This document shows positions 50,031-58,954 of a DNA stretch of 64,000 nucleotides, in pieces; the stretch's first letter is position 1, and each line of letters opens with the position of its first letter. Source of the stretch: an uncultured Candidatus Binatia bacterium (lineage in GTDB: Bacteria; Desulfobacterota; Binatia; Bin18). Made by a program: the position numbers and the translations under genes. Where the stretch lies: contig OZ241744.1 of assembly GCA_965200965.1 (NCBI GenBank), forward strand, positions 2,432,001 to 2,496,000. Reading direction: 5' to 3'. The notes under the pieces are model-generated. The model ran no database searches. It worked only from the letters and a program-made list of their open reading frames with translations, and had not been told where the DNA came from.

Positions 50031-50966
50031 CTAAGCCTTTTCGGCGCGGCTGAAGGCCAGGGCCGCATAGCAGTAGGCCAGAGCCAGGCCGCGGTAGGGT
50101 CGCCAGCGTTCGGCAAAGGTCCGCATCTCGGCCTCTGTTGCTTTCTGCGTTTTGCCCAGCAGGCCCTGAGCCACATATTTGACCACACCCAGGTCCCCGC
50201 CGGGAAATGCGTCCGGTCGGGCCAAGCCGCGCATCAGGGCGGTCTCCGCGGACCAGCGGCCAATGCCTTTGATGGCGGTCAGCCGCCCTATGACCTCTTC
50301 ATCGGCCAGCCCGGCCCAGTCTGCCGGTCCGGCCGGCAAGGGCGCTTGGGCGGTAAAGGCTTGGCCGAGGCGGACCAGGGTGGCGGCCTTGGCCGCGCTC
50401 AGCCGGAAGCGACGCAGACTGTCCACACTCTGGCTGGCAAACCGGCGCGGCTCGGGAAAGGCGTAGGAGGTATGCCTCCCACGCCGCCACTTGCGGCCGA
50501 AGGTTTTGACCAGATCTTTTTTGATGGAGCAGGCAAAGCTGAGGTTCACCTGCTGGGAGAGCACCGCCATGATCAAGGCTTCAAACAGGCTGGGACTAGA
50601 GGGGATGCGCAACCCTCGGAAGCGGCGGACCAGCGGGGCCAGCAGTTCGTCCTGGCGTGCCAGGCGGTAGAACGGTCTGAGGTCCAGGTCGGTAGACAGC
50701 ATATGGCGGAGTTGGGCCATAAACTCGGCCACCTTGAGCGGGGCCGTGGACGGGCTGCGCAGTTCCACGCTAAGCCGCGGCCTAGCCACCGTGCCGATAT
50801 CCGTCGCGGTGGCCAGGGCGAGTTGGCGGCCGGCGGCCAGCAAGCGTTGGTATTGGTGGCCTTCGACGAGATCAACATTCTCGCTGGCAAAACGCATGAA
50901 GCGAGCGACGGTCAGGGTAAACGAATAGGGGGCTTGGGGGATCAGCTCGAGCGTGGCTTCAGTCAT
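50031..50966 (-). CDS. DNA-3-methyladenine glycosylase (AlkA family)
   Basis: FEALIMAVLSQQV, HhH LTAIKGIGRWSAE, FPGGDLG, WRPYR. Confidence 0.9.
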   Translation of the reverse strand: MTEATLELIPQAPYSFTLTVARFMRFASENVDLVEGHQYQRLLAAGRQLALATATDIGTVARPRLSVELRSPSTAPLKVAEFMAQLRHMLSTDLDLRPFYRLARQDELLAPLVRRFRGLRIPSSPSLFEALIMAVLSQQVNLSFACSIKKDLVKTFGRKWRRGRHTSYAFPEPRRFASQSVDSLRRFRLSAAKAATLVRLGQAFTAQAPLPAGPADWAGLADEEVIGRLTAIKGIGRWSAETALMRGLARPDAFPGGDLGVVKYVAQGLLGKTQKATEAEMRTFAERWRPYRGLALAYCYAALAFSRAEKA

Positions 50967-51047
50967 GGTCGGCCGAGTTCTTCTTGAACGAGCGACGGGC
51001 GCTTTGCCAGCAGGGCAAGCAGCACACGCGCCGGCCCTGCTCAGATG

Positions 51048-52265
51048 CTAGATGACTTCGCCATCGCGCAGCTTGGCGACTTCTTCCCACGAGTAGTCCA
51101 GCAGTTCGGTCAGAATCGTCTCGGTGTGCTGGCCGAACTCGGGTGCCGGCGCTTTGGGGTTGCCGGGCGTCTTGCTGAGCCGAAACGGCACGCCGACAAT
51201 TGTGGTCTGGCCCCAAGTCGGATGCTCGTAGTCAAGCACATAATCGTTGGCGAGCATCTGCGGGTCGCTCGGCAGGTCAGCAATGCTGTTGATGACAGTG
51301 TAGATGAAGTCCCCGCCCTCCTTGAGGACTTTCATCCAGTGGTCGCGCGGTTTGGAGGCAAACACCTTGTCGATAATCGGGACGAGCTCGGCGGCGTTCT
51401 CGGCCCGCCGAGCCATTGTGTCGAAGCGCGGGTCGGTGGCGATCCCGGAGATGCCCAAGGCGGCGCAGAAGTCCGTCCAGTAGCGGTCTTGCTGGGCCAT
51501 GGCCAGGCAGAGCCACTTGCCGTCTGCACATCGGTAGTGATTCCACAGAGCGCTGGGGGCGGCCGCCCGGGGCATGCGTTTGAACTCCGCGTTCAAAATC
51601 GTCTGGCAGGCGACGTTCAGACCCTGGAGGGCCGTCATGCTGCCCAGGTGGGAGGTATCGACCTCTTGGCCGATGCCGTATCTGTCCCGCGCCATCAGGG
51701 CGGCCAGCACCGCGTAGGCAAGCATGATCGCCCCCATCTGGTCTGCAATCCCGCCGGTGATGTTGAGCGGCGGCATATCGGGCTCGCCGGCCGCATTCAT
51801 AATCCCCGAGCGGGCCAGGCCCATGTAGTCAAACGACGGCTCGGCAGAGTCCGGCCCGAACGGCCCATAGCCAGTGGCGCTGGCATAGATGAGCTTGGGG
51901 TTGTACTCGGACAGGGTTGCGTAATCCAGGCCCAGCCGGGCGGCCACGCCCTGACGGAAGTTCTGGACAAAGACATCGGACTTCGCGACCAGTTTGTAGA
52001 CAATTTCTCTGGCCTCGGGTTTTTTGAGATCGAGTGTGAGGCTCTGCTTGTGGCGGTTGTTGGCCTCAAAATAGAAGTTGTGGCCCTCGCTCGTGCCGAT
52101 CATGGCCCCGGCGATACTCATCACCCCCCGGCCCGGGTCGCCGCCGACTCGCTCTTCAATCTTAATGACCTCCGCCCCGAGGTCGCCGAGCATCATCGTC
52201 GCTACCGGCCCCTGCTGGAAAATCGTCCAGTCGATAATGCGAACACCGTCTAATGGCATAGCCAT
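51048..52265 (-). CDS. CaiB/BaiF family CoA-transferase
   Basis: LDGVRIID..GP..LGDLGAEVIKIE, NRHKQSLTLDLK, DVFVQNFR, PAPEFGQHT. Confidence 0.93.
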   Translation of the reverse strand: MAMPLDGVRIIDWTIFQQGPVATMMLGDLGAEVIKIEERVGGDPGRGVMSIAGAMIGTSEGHNFYFEANNRHKQSLTLDLKKPEAREIVYKLVAKSDVFVQNFRQGVAARLGLDYATLSEYNPKLIYASATGYGPFGPDSAEPSFDYMGLARSGIMNAAGEPDMPPLNITGGIADQMGAIMLAYAVLAALMARDRYGIGQEVDTSHLGSMTALQGLNVACQTILNAEFKRMPRAAAPSALWNHYRCADGKWLCLAMAQQDRYWTDFCAALGISGIATDPRFDTMARRAENAAELVPIIDKVFASKPRDHWMKVLKEGGDFIYTVINSIADLPSDPQMLANDYVLDYEHPTWGQTTIVGVPFRLSKTPGNPKAPAPEFGQHTETILTELLDYSWEEVAKLRDGEVI

Positions 52266-52449
52266 GTCTGTCCTCCTTTGGAAACCAGGCCGGTCGGCCG
52301 ACCGCCTGCTCTGTTGTCCTCCTGTCCTGTGGGCGGACTCTAGCACAGGCTGACCCCAGAGCAAAGCAAAAAAGCTGCCCTGCCCCTGAACACCTTGCTC
52401 CTCCGGCGTGAAGCCGTTATACAGGGGCGGGCATCAACAAGGAGGCGGG

Positions 52450-53130
52450 ATGCGCATTGATTTCCATACCCATACGACCCGGGGCAGTGCCGATAGCAAT
52501 CTGGACCCCTTCGCCATGATCGACCAGGCCCAGACCATCGGGCTTGAAGGCATCTGCATTACCGAGCACGACAACGCCTGGAGCGACCCGGAAATCCGCG
52601 AGTACGCCGAGGAGCGGGGCGTGACGCTGTTTGTGGGCATTGAGGTCTCAACCGAGTGGGGCCATGTCGGGGCCTTTGGTCTCGACCGCTATGTCAGTGG
52701 CATCTATAAGGTCAAAGAACTGCGCCGGGTGATTGACGATGTGGACGGGTTTCTGATTGCCAACCATCCGTTTCGGTACAAGCTTGACCCCCGTTTTCAG
52801 TTCATTCATAAAACCCCGGCGATTGATGTTGATGATCCTGTGTCGGGCGTCGAGGCGCTGGAAGTCTTGCACTATGTGGACGCGATTGAGGTCGTCAACG
52901 GCGCGTGTTCGGAGCAGGAGAATCTCTACGCTCACACCGTTGCCGAGCACCTGGGCATGAAAGGGGTGGGGGGCAGTGACAGCCATTCCCGCTCGTCGCT
53001 CGGCTGTGCCGTGACGGTCCTGGAAAAGCCGGTCGCCACCACGCGTGGGCTGATCGCCGAACTCAAGGCCGGTCGTTTCTCGGCCGGCCAGGGGCTTAAT
53101 ATCGGCCAGTTCGGGGCCTTTCCTGCATAA
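52450..53130 (+). CDS. PHP domain protein
   Basis: DFHTHT, ITEHD, GIEVST, ANHPF, GGSDSH. Confidence 0.9.
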   Translation: MRIDFHTHTTRGSADSNLDPFAMIDQAQTIGLEGICITEHDNAWSDPEIREYAEERGVTLFVGIEVSTEWGHVGAFGLDRYVSGIYKVKELRRVIDDVDGFLIANHPFRYKLDPRFQFIHKTPAIDVDDPVSGVEALEVLHYVDAIEVVNGACSEQENLYAHTVAEHLGMKGVGGSDSHSRSSLGCAVTVLEKPVATTRGLIAELKAGRFSAGQGLNIGQFGAFPA

Positions 53131-53133
53131 ACC

Positions 53134-53937
53134 ATGGCGGTTGCCAAAGCGCTGACCATCGCCGGCTCTGACAGCGGCGGTGGGGCCGGTATCCAGGCCG
53201 ATCTCAAGACCTTTTTTGCCCTCGGCGTCTACGCGACGAACATTGTGACGGCCGTCACCGCCCAGAACACTCGGGGCGTACAGGCGGTGCGTGAACTGCC
53301 GGCCGACTTTGTGGCCCAACAGTTCGATAGTGTCCTGTCCGATATTGGTACCCGGGCGGCCAAGACGGGCATGTTGTCGTCCATTGCCCTGGTCACGACC
53401 GTCAGCAAAAAAATTGCCGAGTATCGGCTCCGCCAGCTCGTGGTCGATCCTGTCATGGTTGCCAAAGGCGGCCATCCGCTGTTGCGAGCAGAGGCCAGGC
53501 AGGCGCTCGTTGACCACCTCCTGCCCCTGGCCCTGATCGTGACCCCCAATCTACACGAAGCCGGACTGCTGGCCGGTCTTGAGGTTGCCGACCGCGCCGG
53601 TATGGAAGAAGCCGCCCGCCGCATCAAGGCGTTCGGCCCGGCCTATGTCGTTGTCAAAGGCGGGCATATGGAGGGCGAGGCGTGCGATGTGCTGTTCGAC
53701 GGCCGCAGCTTTCGTGCTTATACCTCACCCAAGCTGGATACGGTCTGCACCCACGGGGCCGGGTGTACCTTCTCTGCCGCCATCACCGCCGGCTTAGCCA
53801 AAGGCCGGTCGGTTCCAGATGCGGTCGCCGCGGCCAAAACCTTTGTCATCCAATCCATGACCGCCGGGTTCCGCATTGGCCGTGGCCATGCTCCCCTGAA
53901 TCACCGGGCCGGCTGGGTCAAAGATGACCCGTCATAG
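53134..53937 (+). CDS. thiD: Hydroxymethylpyrimidine/phosphomethylpyrimidine kinase
   Basis: [47 protein letters not shown]. Confidence 0.95.
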   Translation: MAVAKALTIAGSDSGGGAGIQADLKTFFALGVYATNIVTAVTAQNTRGVQAVRELPADFVAQQFDSVLSDIGTRAAKTGMLSSIALVTTVSKKIAEYRLRQLVVDPVMVAKGGHPLLRAEARQALVDHLLPLALIVTPNLHEAGLLAGLEVADRAGMEEAARRIKAFGPAYVVVKGGHMEGEACDVLFDGRSFRAYTSPKLDTVCTHGAGCTFSAAITAGLAKGRSVPDAVAAAKTFVIQSMTAGFRIGRGHAPLNHRAGWVKDDPS

Positions 53938-54033
53938 CCGGCCGCGGCCTCTCCGCCTCCGCTTCCTGTGTCCCAGCTTCCCTTGTCGCTCGGTCTGGTC
54001 TGGGCTATGATGCTTGGCTGATAGCGACTTCTC

Positions 54034-56478
54034 ATGGCTGGAACTTCCGAAAAGACGGCCCCCAAGCCCCCAAGCTCAAAGACTCAGACTCGCGCGCGTT
54101 CTGCCGCCCAGCCGAGCCACGGGCGCGACCTCCGCTTGATTGAGGATATTGGGGCCCTGAGCACCCGCTCGCGCGACCTCAAGCAAACGCTCGAAGAGGT
54201 GACCCGGACCATCGCCCGGCGCATGGCGACCGATGTGTGCTCGCTCTACCTGCTGGGTACAAGAAACCGCTGGTTGACCCTGTGGGCGACGACCGGTCTT
54301 GACCGGAGCGCGGTCGGTAAGATCCGTATGCGCAAAACCGAGGGACTGGCCGGACTGGTGATCGAAACGCTGGAGCCGGTCATAGCCCCCGATGCCATGA
54401 CCCATCCGCGCAATAAGTACTTTCCCGAGACCGGCGAAGAGCGCTTTCACTCGTTTCTCGGTCTACCGTTGCTTGAGCACGACAAGCCGATCGGGGTCCT
54501 GGTTGTACAGAGCCGCAGCCGGCGGCGCTTTGCGCGGGGCGAAATCCGCCTGCTCAAGACCATCTCGTCGCATGTCAGCGCGATTATTATCCAGGCCCGG
54601 CTGTTAGAGACGCTGGAGACAAAAGAGCGCGAATATCGGGCCTATCGGACGCAGATGCGTAAGGCCATGCAACGCCTGAGCGCTCCCCGGCCAACGAGCG
54701 AAAAAGCGGCCGGGGCCGAGGGACAGACCCGCCGGCGGCACCTGACCGGGGTCGGCGCGTCGCCCGGCTTTGGCGTCGGTCAAGCCTACCTGGTCCATCC
54801 CGCAATCCATTTTGACGCCCTGACCGAGCGCCGGACCGACGATTCGGAAGCCGAGTTGCAGCTGCTTCACCACGCGCTGCAGCGTTCGATTGAAGAGATT
54901 GAGGTGCTCAAAGAACAGGTGCGCGAACGCCTGCCGGAGATCGACCAGGCGATCTTTGACGCCCACCGCCTGATGTTGGAGGACCCGGGCCTGATCGATA
55001 AGGTCGAGGCTCTGATCCGGCAGGGCACAACCGCGGAAACCGCGCTCAAAAAAGTTATCGAAGAGTATATCGAGACGCTCAGCCGTGTTGGTGACGCCCA
55101 TCTCCAGGATCGGACGACCGATTTGCGCGACATTGGCCAGCGCGTGTTGCGCCACCTGCTGGGTCTGGAAGAGCGCGCGGGGCCACACGGTGAGCGCTGT
55201 ATCCTGGTGGCCGATGAGGTGACGCTCTCGGACCTGTGCCGAGTTGACCACACGCGGCTCAAAGGCGTTGTGCTGGCCAGCGGGGGCGCTACCTCGCACG
55301 CGGCCATCCTGGCCAAGTCGTTCGATATTCCAACCGTTGTCGGCGTGTCTCACACCGAGTTGATCGAGCCGGCCGACACGCTGATCGTCGATGGCAACTC
55401 CGGGGTGGTCTATCTCAACCCCAGTGCCGAAGTCACGCGTGAATACGGCCGGCTCGACCGGGAGTACCGGGCGTTTACGCGTGACCTGGAAGACCTGCAC
55501 GACTTGGCGGCCGAAACGCGGGACGGGGTGCAACTCAGCCTGGCTGCGAACATCGGGCTGCTGAGCGATACCGTGTTTGCCAAACGCCACGGTGCCGAGG
55601 GGGTCGGCCTGTACCGGACCGAGGTCCCGTTTCTGACCTATCACCATTTTCCGAGCGAAGAGGAACAGTTTTCCCTCTACTGTCGCGTACTCAAGGGCGT
55701 AGACGGCTGGCCGGTGACCATTCGGACGCTTGACTTGGGGCCCGACAAATACCCCGCGTATCTGCACCTGCCGCACGAGGATAATCCGTTTTTGGGCTGG
55801 CGTTCAATCCGCATCTCGCTCGAGATACACGAGCTGTTCAAGGTCCAACTCCGGGCCATTCTGCGGGCCGGGGCGCACGGTCCGGTGCGGGTCTTGTTTC
55901 CCATGATCTCCAGCCTCGAAGAGTTGCACCAAGTCAAAGAACTCTTCGCCCAGGCCAAAGCGGAGTTGCACAAAGAAGGTCAGGCGTTTGACGCCAGGAT
56001 GCCGATTGGCATGATGGTTGAGGTTCCATCGGCAGTGTTGATGGCGGAACAACTGGCCCGGGCCGTTGACTTTTTCAGTATCGGGACAAACGACCTGATC
56101 CAGTATGTGTTAGCCGTTGATCGCAACAACCCCAAAGTTGCCCCGCTCTACGAACCGCTGCACCCGGCCGTGCTCAGAGCCGTGTCTACCACCGTCGAGG
56201 CAGCCAAGCAGGCCGGCAAGCGGGTCAGCTTGTGTGGCGAGATGGCGGCCGACCCGCTGTGTACGCTGCTGCTGCTCGGCATGGGACTCGACGAACTCAG
56301 CATGAAGCCGTTTTTTGTGCCGGTCATCAAACGGGTGCTGCGTTCCCTGTCAGCCAAGTCGGCGCGGCGTTTGACCCACGAGGCGGTCCGCATGGAAACG
56401 GTCCAGCAGGTCAAAGGCCGGTTGTTCAAGGAACTCAAACAGCGCGGCCTGATTGACCTCGTTGAGATGTACCATTAG
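54034..56478 (+). CDS. ptsP: GAF-domain PEP-protein phosphotransferase (EI-Ntr)
   Basis: N-terminal GAF (VCSLYL, EGLAG, KYFPETGEE); TSHAAILA, GVGLYRTE, DFFSIGTNDL, CGEMA. Confidence 0.93.
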   Translation: MAGTSEKTAPKPPSSKTQTRARSAAQPSHGRDLRLIEDIGALSTRSRDLKQTLEEVTRTIARRMATDVCSLYLLGTRNRWLTLWATTGLDRSAVGKIRMRKTEGLAGLVIETLEPVIAPDAMTHPRNKYFPETGEERFHSFLGLPLLEHDKPIGVLVVQSRSRRRFARGEIRLLKTISSHVSAIIIQARLLETLETKEREYRAYRTQMRKAMQRLSAPRPTSEKAAGAEGQTRRRHLTGVGASPGFGVGQAYLVHPAIHFDALTERRTDDSEAELQLLHHALQRSIEEIEVLKEQVRERLPEIDQAIFDAHRLMLEDPGLIDKVEALIRQGTTAETALKKVIEEYIETLSRVGDAHLQDRTTDLRDIGQRVLRHLLGLEERAGPHGERCILVADEVTLSDLCRVDHTRLKGVVLASGGATSHAAILAKSFDIPTVVGVSHTELIEPADTLIVDGNSGVVYLNPSAEVTREYGRLDREYRAFTRDLEDLHDLAAETRDGVQLSLAANIGLLSDTVFAKRHGAEGVGLYRTEVPFLTYHHFPSEEEQFSLYCRVLKGVDGWPVTIRTLDLGPDKYPAYLHLPHEDNPFLGWRSIRISLEIHELFKVQLRAILRAGAHGPVRVLFPMISSLEELHQVKELFAQAKAELHKEGQAFDARMPIGMMVEVPSAVLMAEQLARAVDFFSIGTNDLIQYVLAVDRNNPKVAPLYEPLHPAVLRAVSTTVEAAKQAGKRVSLCGEMAADPLCTLLLLGMGLDELSMKPFFVPVIKRVLRSLSAKSARRLTHEAVRMETVQQVKGRLFKELKQRGLIDLVEMYH

Positions 56479-56665
56479 CCGGGTCGGTCTGTCCGGTATT
56501 TTCTTCTGAATTTTTTCTTGTTTCCCCCGTATTTTCTTGACTTTTTTGGACACGCTGGCTAAAAAGCAGCGTATCCATGGGGGCCGGCCACCCGGGCGCA
56601 CTATCCTGGGCGCGACTGCCGTCACCGCAAGAGCCTGCCTTGCCGCAGGAGAAGAGAGGAGTGTT

Positions 56666-57043
56666 ATGGCAGAGTCAAAGCCGCAGCCGAAGTCTATGAC
56701 AAAGACAGAGATGGTCAAGAAGCTGGCCGATAATTGGGGCGGGATATCCAACCGCCAGGCAGATGACAACCTGACGGCGCTCGTGACCTTTATCACCAAA
56801 ACCGTCAAAAAAGAGAAAGTGCTCAAGATTCCCAACCTCGGAGTCTTCCGTATCAAGGACCTGAAAGCACGCACCGGCATCAACCCCAAGACCAAAGAGC
56901 GCATCCGCATCAGAGCGCGGAAAAAAGTGGCCTTTACTCCCTCCAAGGCGTTCAAAGAGGGCATTCTGAGTGCGCCCAGATCGGCCGCCAAAAAAGCGAC
57001 CACCACCAGAGCAACGGCCAGACGATCGGCCGCCAAAGCCTAG
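56666..57043 (+). CDS. HU-family DNA-binding protein with a basic C-terminal tail
   Basis: MTKTEMV, LGVF, ARTGINPKTKERI; tail AAKKATTTRATARRSAAKA. Confidence 0.9.
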   Translation: MAESKPQPKSMTKTEMVKKLADNWGGISNRQADDNLTALVTFITKTVKKEKVLKIPNLGVFRIKDLKARTGINPKTKERIRIRARKKVAFTPSKAFKEGILSAPRSAAKKATTTRATARRSAAKA

Positions 57044-57049
57044 CTTCGC

Positions 57050-57068
57050 CTTGGTGCGGTCCACCAAG
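57050..57068 (+). terminator. Small hairpin after the HU stop
   Basis: cttggtg-cggtc-caccaag; no U-tract. Confidence 0.25.
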
Positions 57069-57085
57069 TGAAGTGGAGACCGGGC

Positions 57086-57703
57086 ATGGCTTCGCCGCTG
57101 GCGTGTTTCTGTTCACAGTTCAAGCGGCCCGCTTCATACGCAGGTTTACTGGCAGCAGCCCTGTTGCTCATGCCCGCCGGCCTCCCCCTCACGCCAGACT
57201 TCCGCCGTGTCGGAACCGCGGCGGCCCAGACCGCTGTCCCGGGCCGGTTTTCTGAGACCTATGGCGACTGGATAGCGCACTGCGCACTCCGCGATACCGA
57301 GGACGGCCAACAACTCCGGCAGTGTGCTATGGAGCAGCGTCTCAGTTGGCACGACGAGAACTCGGGACAGACCCGACAGCTTCTGACCGTGGCCCTGACC
57401 CCGCGGCAGGCGAGCGGGGCCGAGCTCACCATTCTGACCCCGTTCGGTCTCCTGCTCGACAGAGGCATTGTGCTTCAGGTTGATGAAGGGAAGAGTTACA
57501 GCCTGCCGTTTCAGACCTGTCTCCCGGCCGGCTGCCTAGCCCGGGGACTGCTTGACGAGGCGATCCTGGGACAACTCAGAACAGGTCAGGTCCTTGCCAC
57601 CAGGATGGTCCAATCCGGCGGAGAACAGGTCGTTCGGGTGGAGGTTTCGCTCAAGGGATTTACGGACAGCTATGCGCGCTTACAGCAGGCAGTCTCCCAA
57701 TAG
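57086..57703 (+). CDS. Invasion-associated locus B (IalB) family protein; start uncertain
   Basis: ETYGDW..C, PFGLLL..G, TCLPAGC, VSLKGF. Confidence 0.85.
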   Translation: MASPLACFCSQFKRPASYAGLLAAALLLMPAGLPLTPDFRRVGTAAAQTAVPGRFSETYGDWIAHCALRDTEDGQQLRQCAMEQRLSWHDENSGQTRQLLTVALTPRQASGAELTILTPFGLLLDRGIVLQVDEGKSYSLPFQTCLPAGCLARGLLDEAILGQLRTGQVLATRMVQSGGEQVVRVEVSLKGFTDSYARLQQAVSQ

Positions 57704-57724
57704 ACCTGTGGCTGCCGGGCCGCC

Positions 57725-58750
57725 TCATCCAGCCTGCATCAGCAGTTGCCTGGCCCGGCTGAACAACGTTGAGACCGAGGGAGCAATCAGCTCCCATTCC
57801 GGGTCGTGGCGTTTGCCGCGGCGGTGGAGCATGACGTTAAAGCCGCTGATCACGCCAAAGCGATAGCCGGCCAGCGCTTGATACCAGTCACTATCCGGTA
57901 CCGTGCAGCGCATCCCGTCTTCGTAGCGGGCAATCAGTTCGTGGCCGGCCGGCGCGGCCTCAATCGGTTGATGGCTGGCCTCCCAGCTATCAGGATCGGT
58001 AAACACCAGCAGCCAGCCGAGGTCGAGCAAATGGCCGCTGACGCCCGAGATTTCCCAGTCCAGCAGGGCCACCAGCCGGTCTCCGTCAAACAGAAAATTC
58101 GTCGCCTGAAAGTCCCCGTGAAACAGACCGATGGGGGGCGCAGGGGGCTGACTGAGCAGCAGCAGATCCCGGACTTCCTGGCCCTGGCTGACCCACTGCG
58201 GCTCCGCGGCCTTGGCCAGGATCGTGTCCCAAAAGCGGATTTCGGTCTCCAAGGAGCGCGGCTGCTCCCAACCCGCCAAGTCGCTTTGCCAGTCCAGGCT
58301 ATGGACCTGAACGAGGGCATCGACCGCCTGATAATACAATTCGGCTACTGCTGACGGGCTGGTGTCAAATGAGCCGTCCGGCTCCCAGACATTAAAGGTC
58401 CGGCCCGGCAGCCGTTCAAGCATGATGTACGGCACTTCAAACCAGCGCAGGTCATCCCCCGCCCAACGGACCGTTGGCACAGGTACGCCCCGATGCTTGA
58501 GCGCACGCAGCAGCGGGACTTGACGCAGCACATCCGTGTTGCCGCTCTGCCGCACGCCTTTGGGTGGCAGGCGCATGACCAGCGATTCGGCACCGGACCG
58601 GCCGTCTTGATTGAAATCAACCCGAAAACCAAAGCTGAGGCCGGCGTGACCGGGCATGACCTCTACCTGACTGACCTGGGCATCCTTGCCGTAGTGCGCT
58701 CCGGCGAAATTGCGGAGCTGATGGGTGAGGACCGCTGGATCGACTGCCAT
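57725..58750 (-). CDS. Phosphotransferase (APH/ACAD10-like) family protein
   Basis: VMRLPP, PVP.V, HGDFQATN, LLDWE. Confidence 0.9.
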   Translation of the reverse strand: MAVDPAVLTHQLRNFAGAHYGKDAQVSQVEVMPGHAGLSFGFRVDFNQDGRSGAESLVMRLPPKGVRQSGNTDVLRQVPLLRALKHRGVPVPTVRWAGDDLRWFEVPYIMLERLPGRTFNVWEPDGSFDTSPSAVAELYYQAVDALVQVHSLDWQSDLAGWEQPRSLETEIRFWDTILAKAAEPQWVSQGQEVRDLLLLSQPPAPPIGLFHGDFQATNFLFDGDRLVALLDWEISGVSGHLLDLGWLLVFTDPDSWEASHQPIEAAPAGHELIARYEDGMRCTVPDSDWYQALAGYRFGVISGFNVMLHRRGKRHDPEWELIAPSVSTLFSRARQLLMQAG

Positions 58751-58761
58751 TGCTGCCTCAG

Positions 58762-58810
58762 AAGGTGCATCATCTTATCCGGTTGAGAGGAAGGCAAGAC
58801 GATTCGCCTT
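58762..58810 (-). repeat. Palindromic element, subfamily A, in the 5' UTR of the phosphotransferase gene
   Basis: aaggtgcatcatcttatccggttgagaggaaggcaagacgattcgcctt; its reverse complement matches the ispE copy. Confidence 0.9.
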
Positions 58811-58832
58811 GGTGAAACGTGTGTATGCCCAC

Positions 58833-58861
58833 ACCCTAGCCAGGCAGGTTGAGATGGTCAA
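58833..58861 (-). promoter_or_regulatory. Putative sigma70 promoter for the phosphotransferase gene
   Basis: TTGACC-N17-TAGGGT. Confidence 0.4.
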
Positions 58862-58954
58862 GGGAATATGTTCAGCGAGCCGGTCTTTTTCCCGGTTGGT
58901 CCTGCGAGACGAGGACATATTCGGCCAGAGCCGGGAGAGCGGGGTGTCAGGCGG

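Noticed and set aside
52287-52307. Palindrome cggtcggccgaccg upstream of the CoA-transferase
   Set aside because: A single GC-rich palindrome with no second copy seen; cannot be assigned.
53010-53133. TPP riboswitch before thiD
   Set aside because: thiD starts 3 bp after the PHP gene, leaving no leader space.
58864-58922. Riboswitch between the DUF5916-like gene and the phosphotransferase gene
   Set aside because: A gaatatgtt/gacatattc stem exists but lies upstream of the predicted promoter and matches no motif I recognise; it is possibly a terminator.
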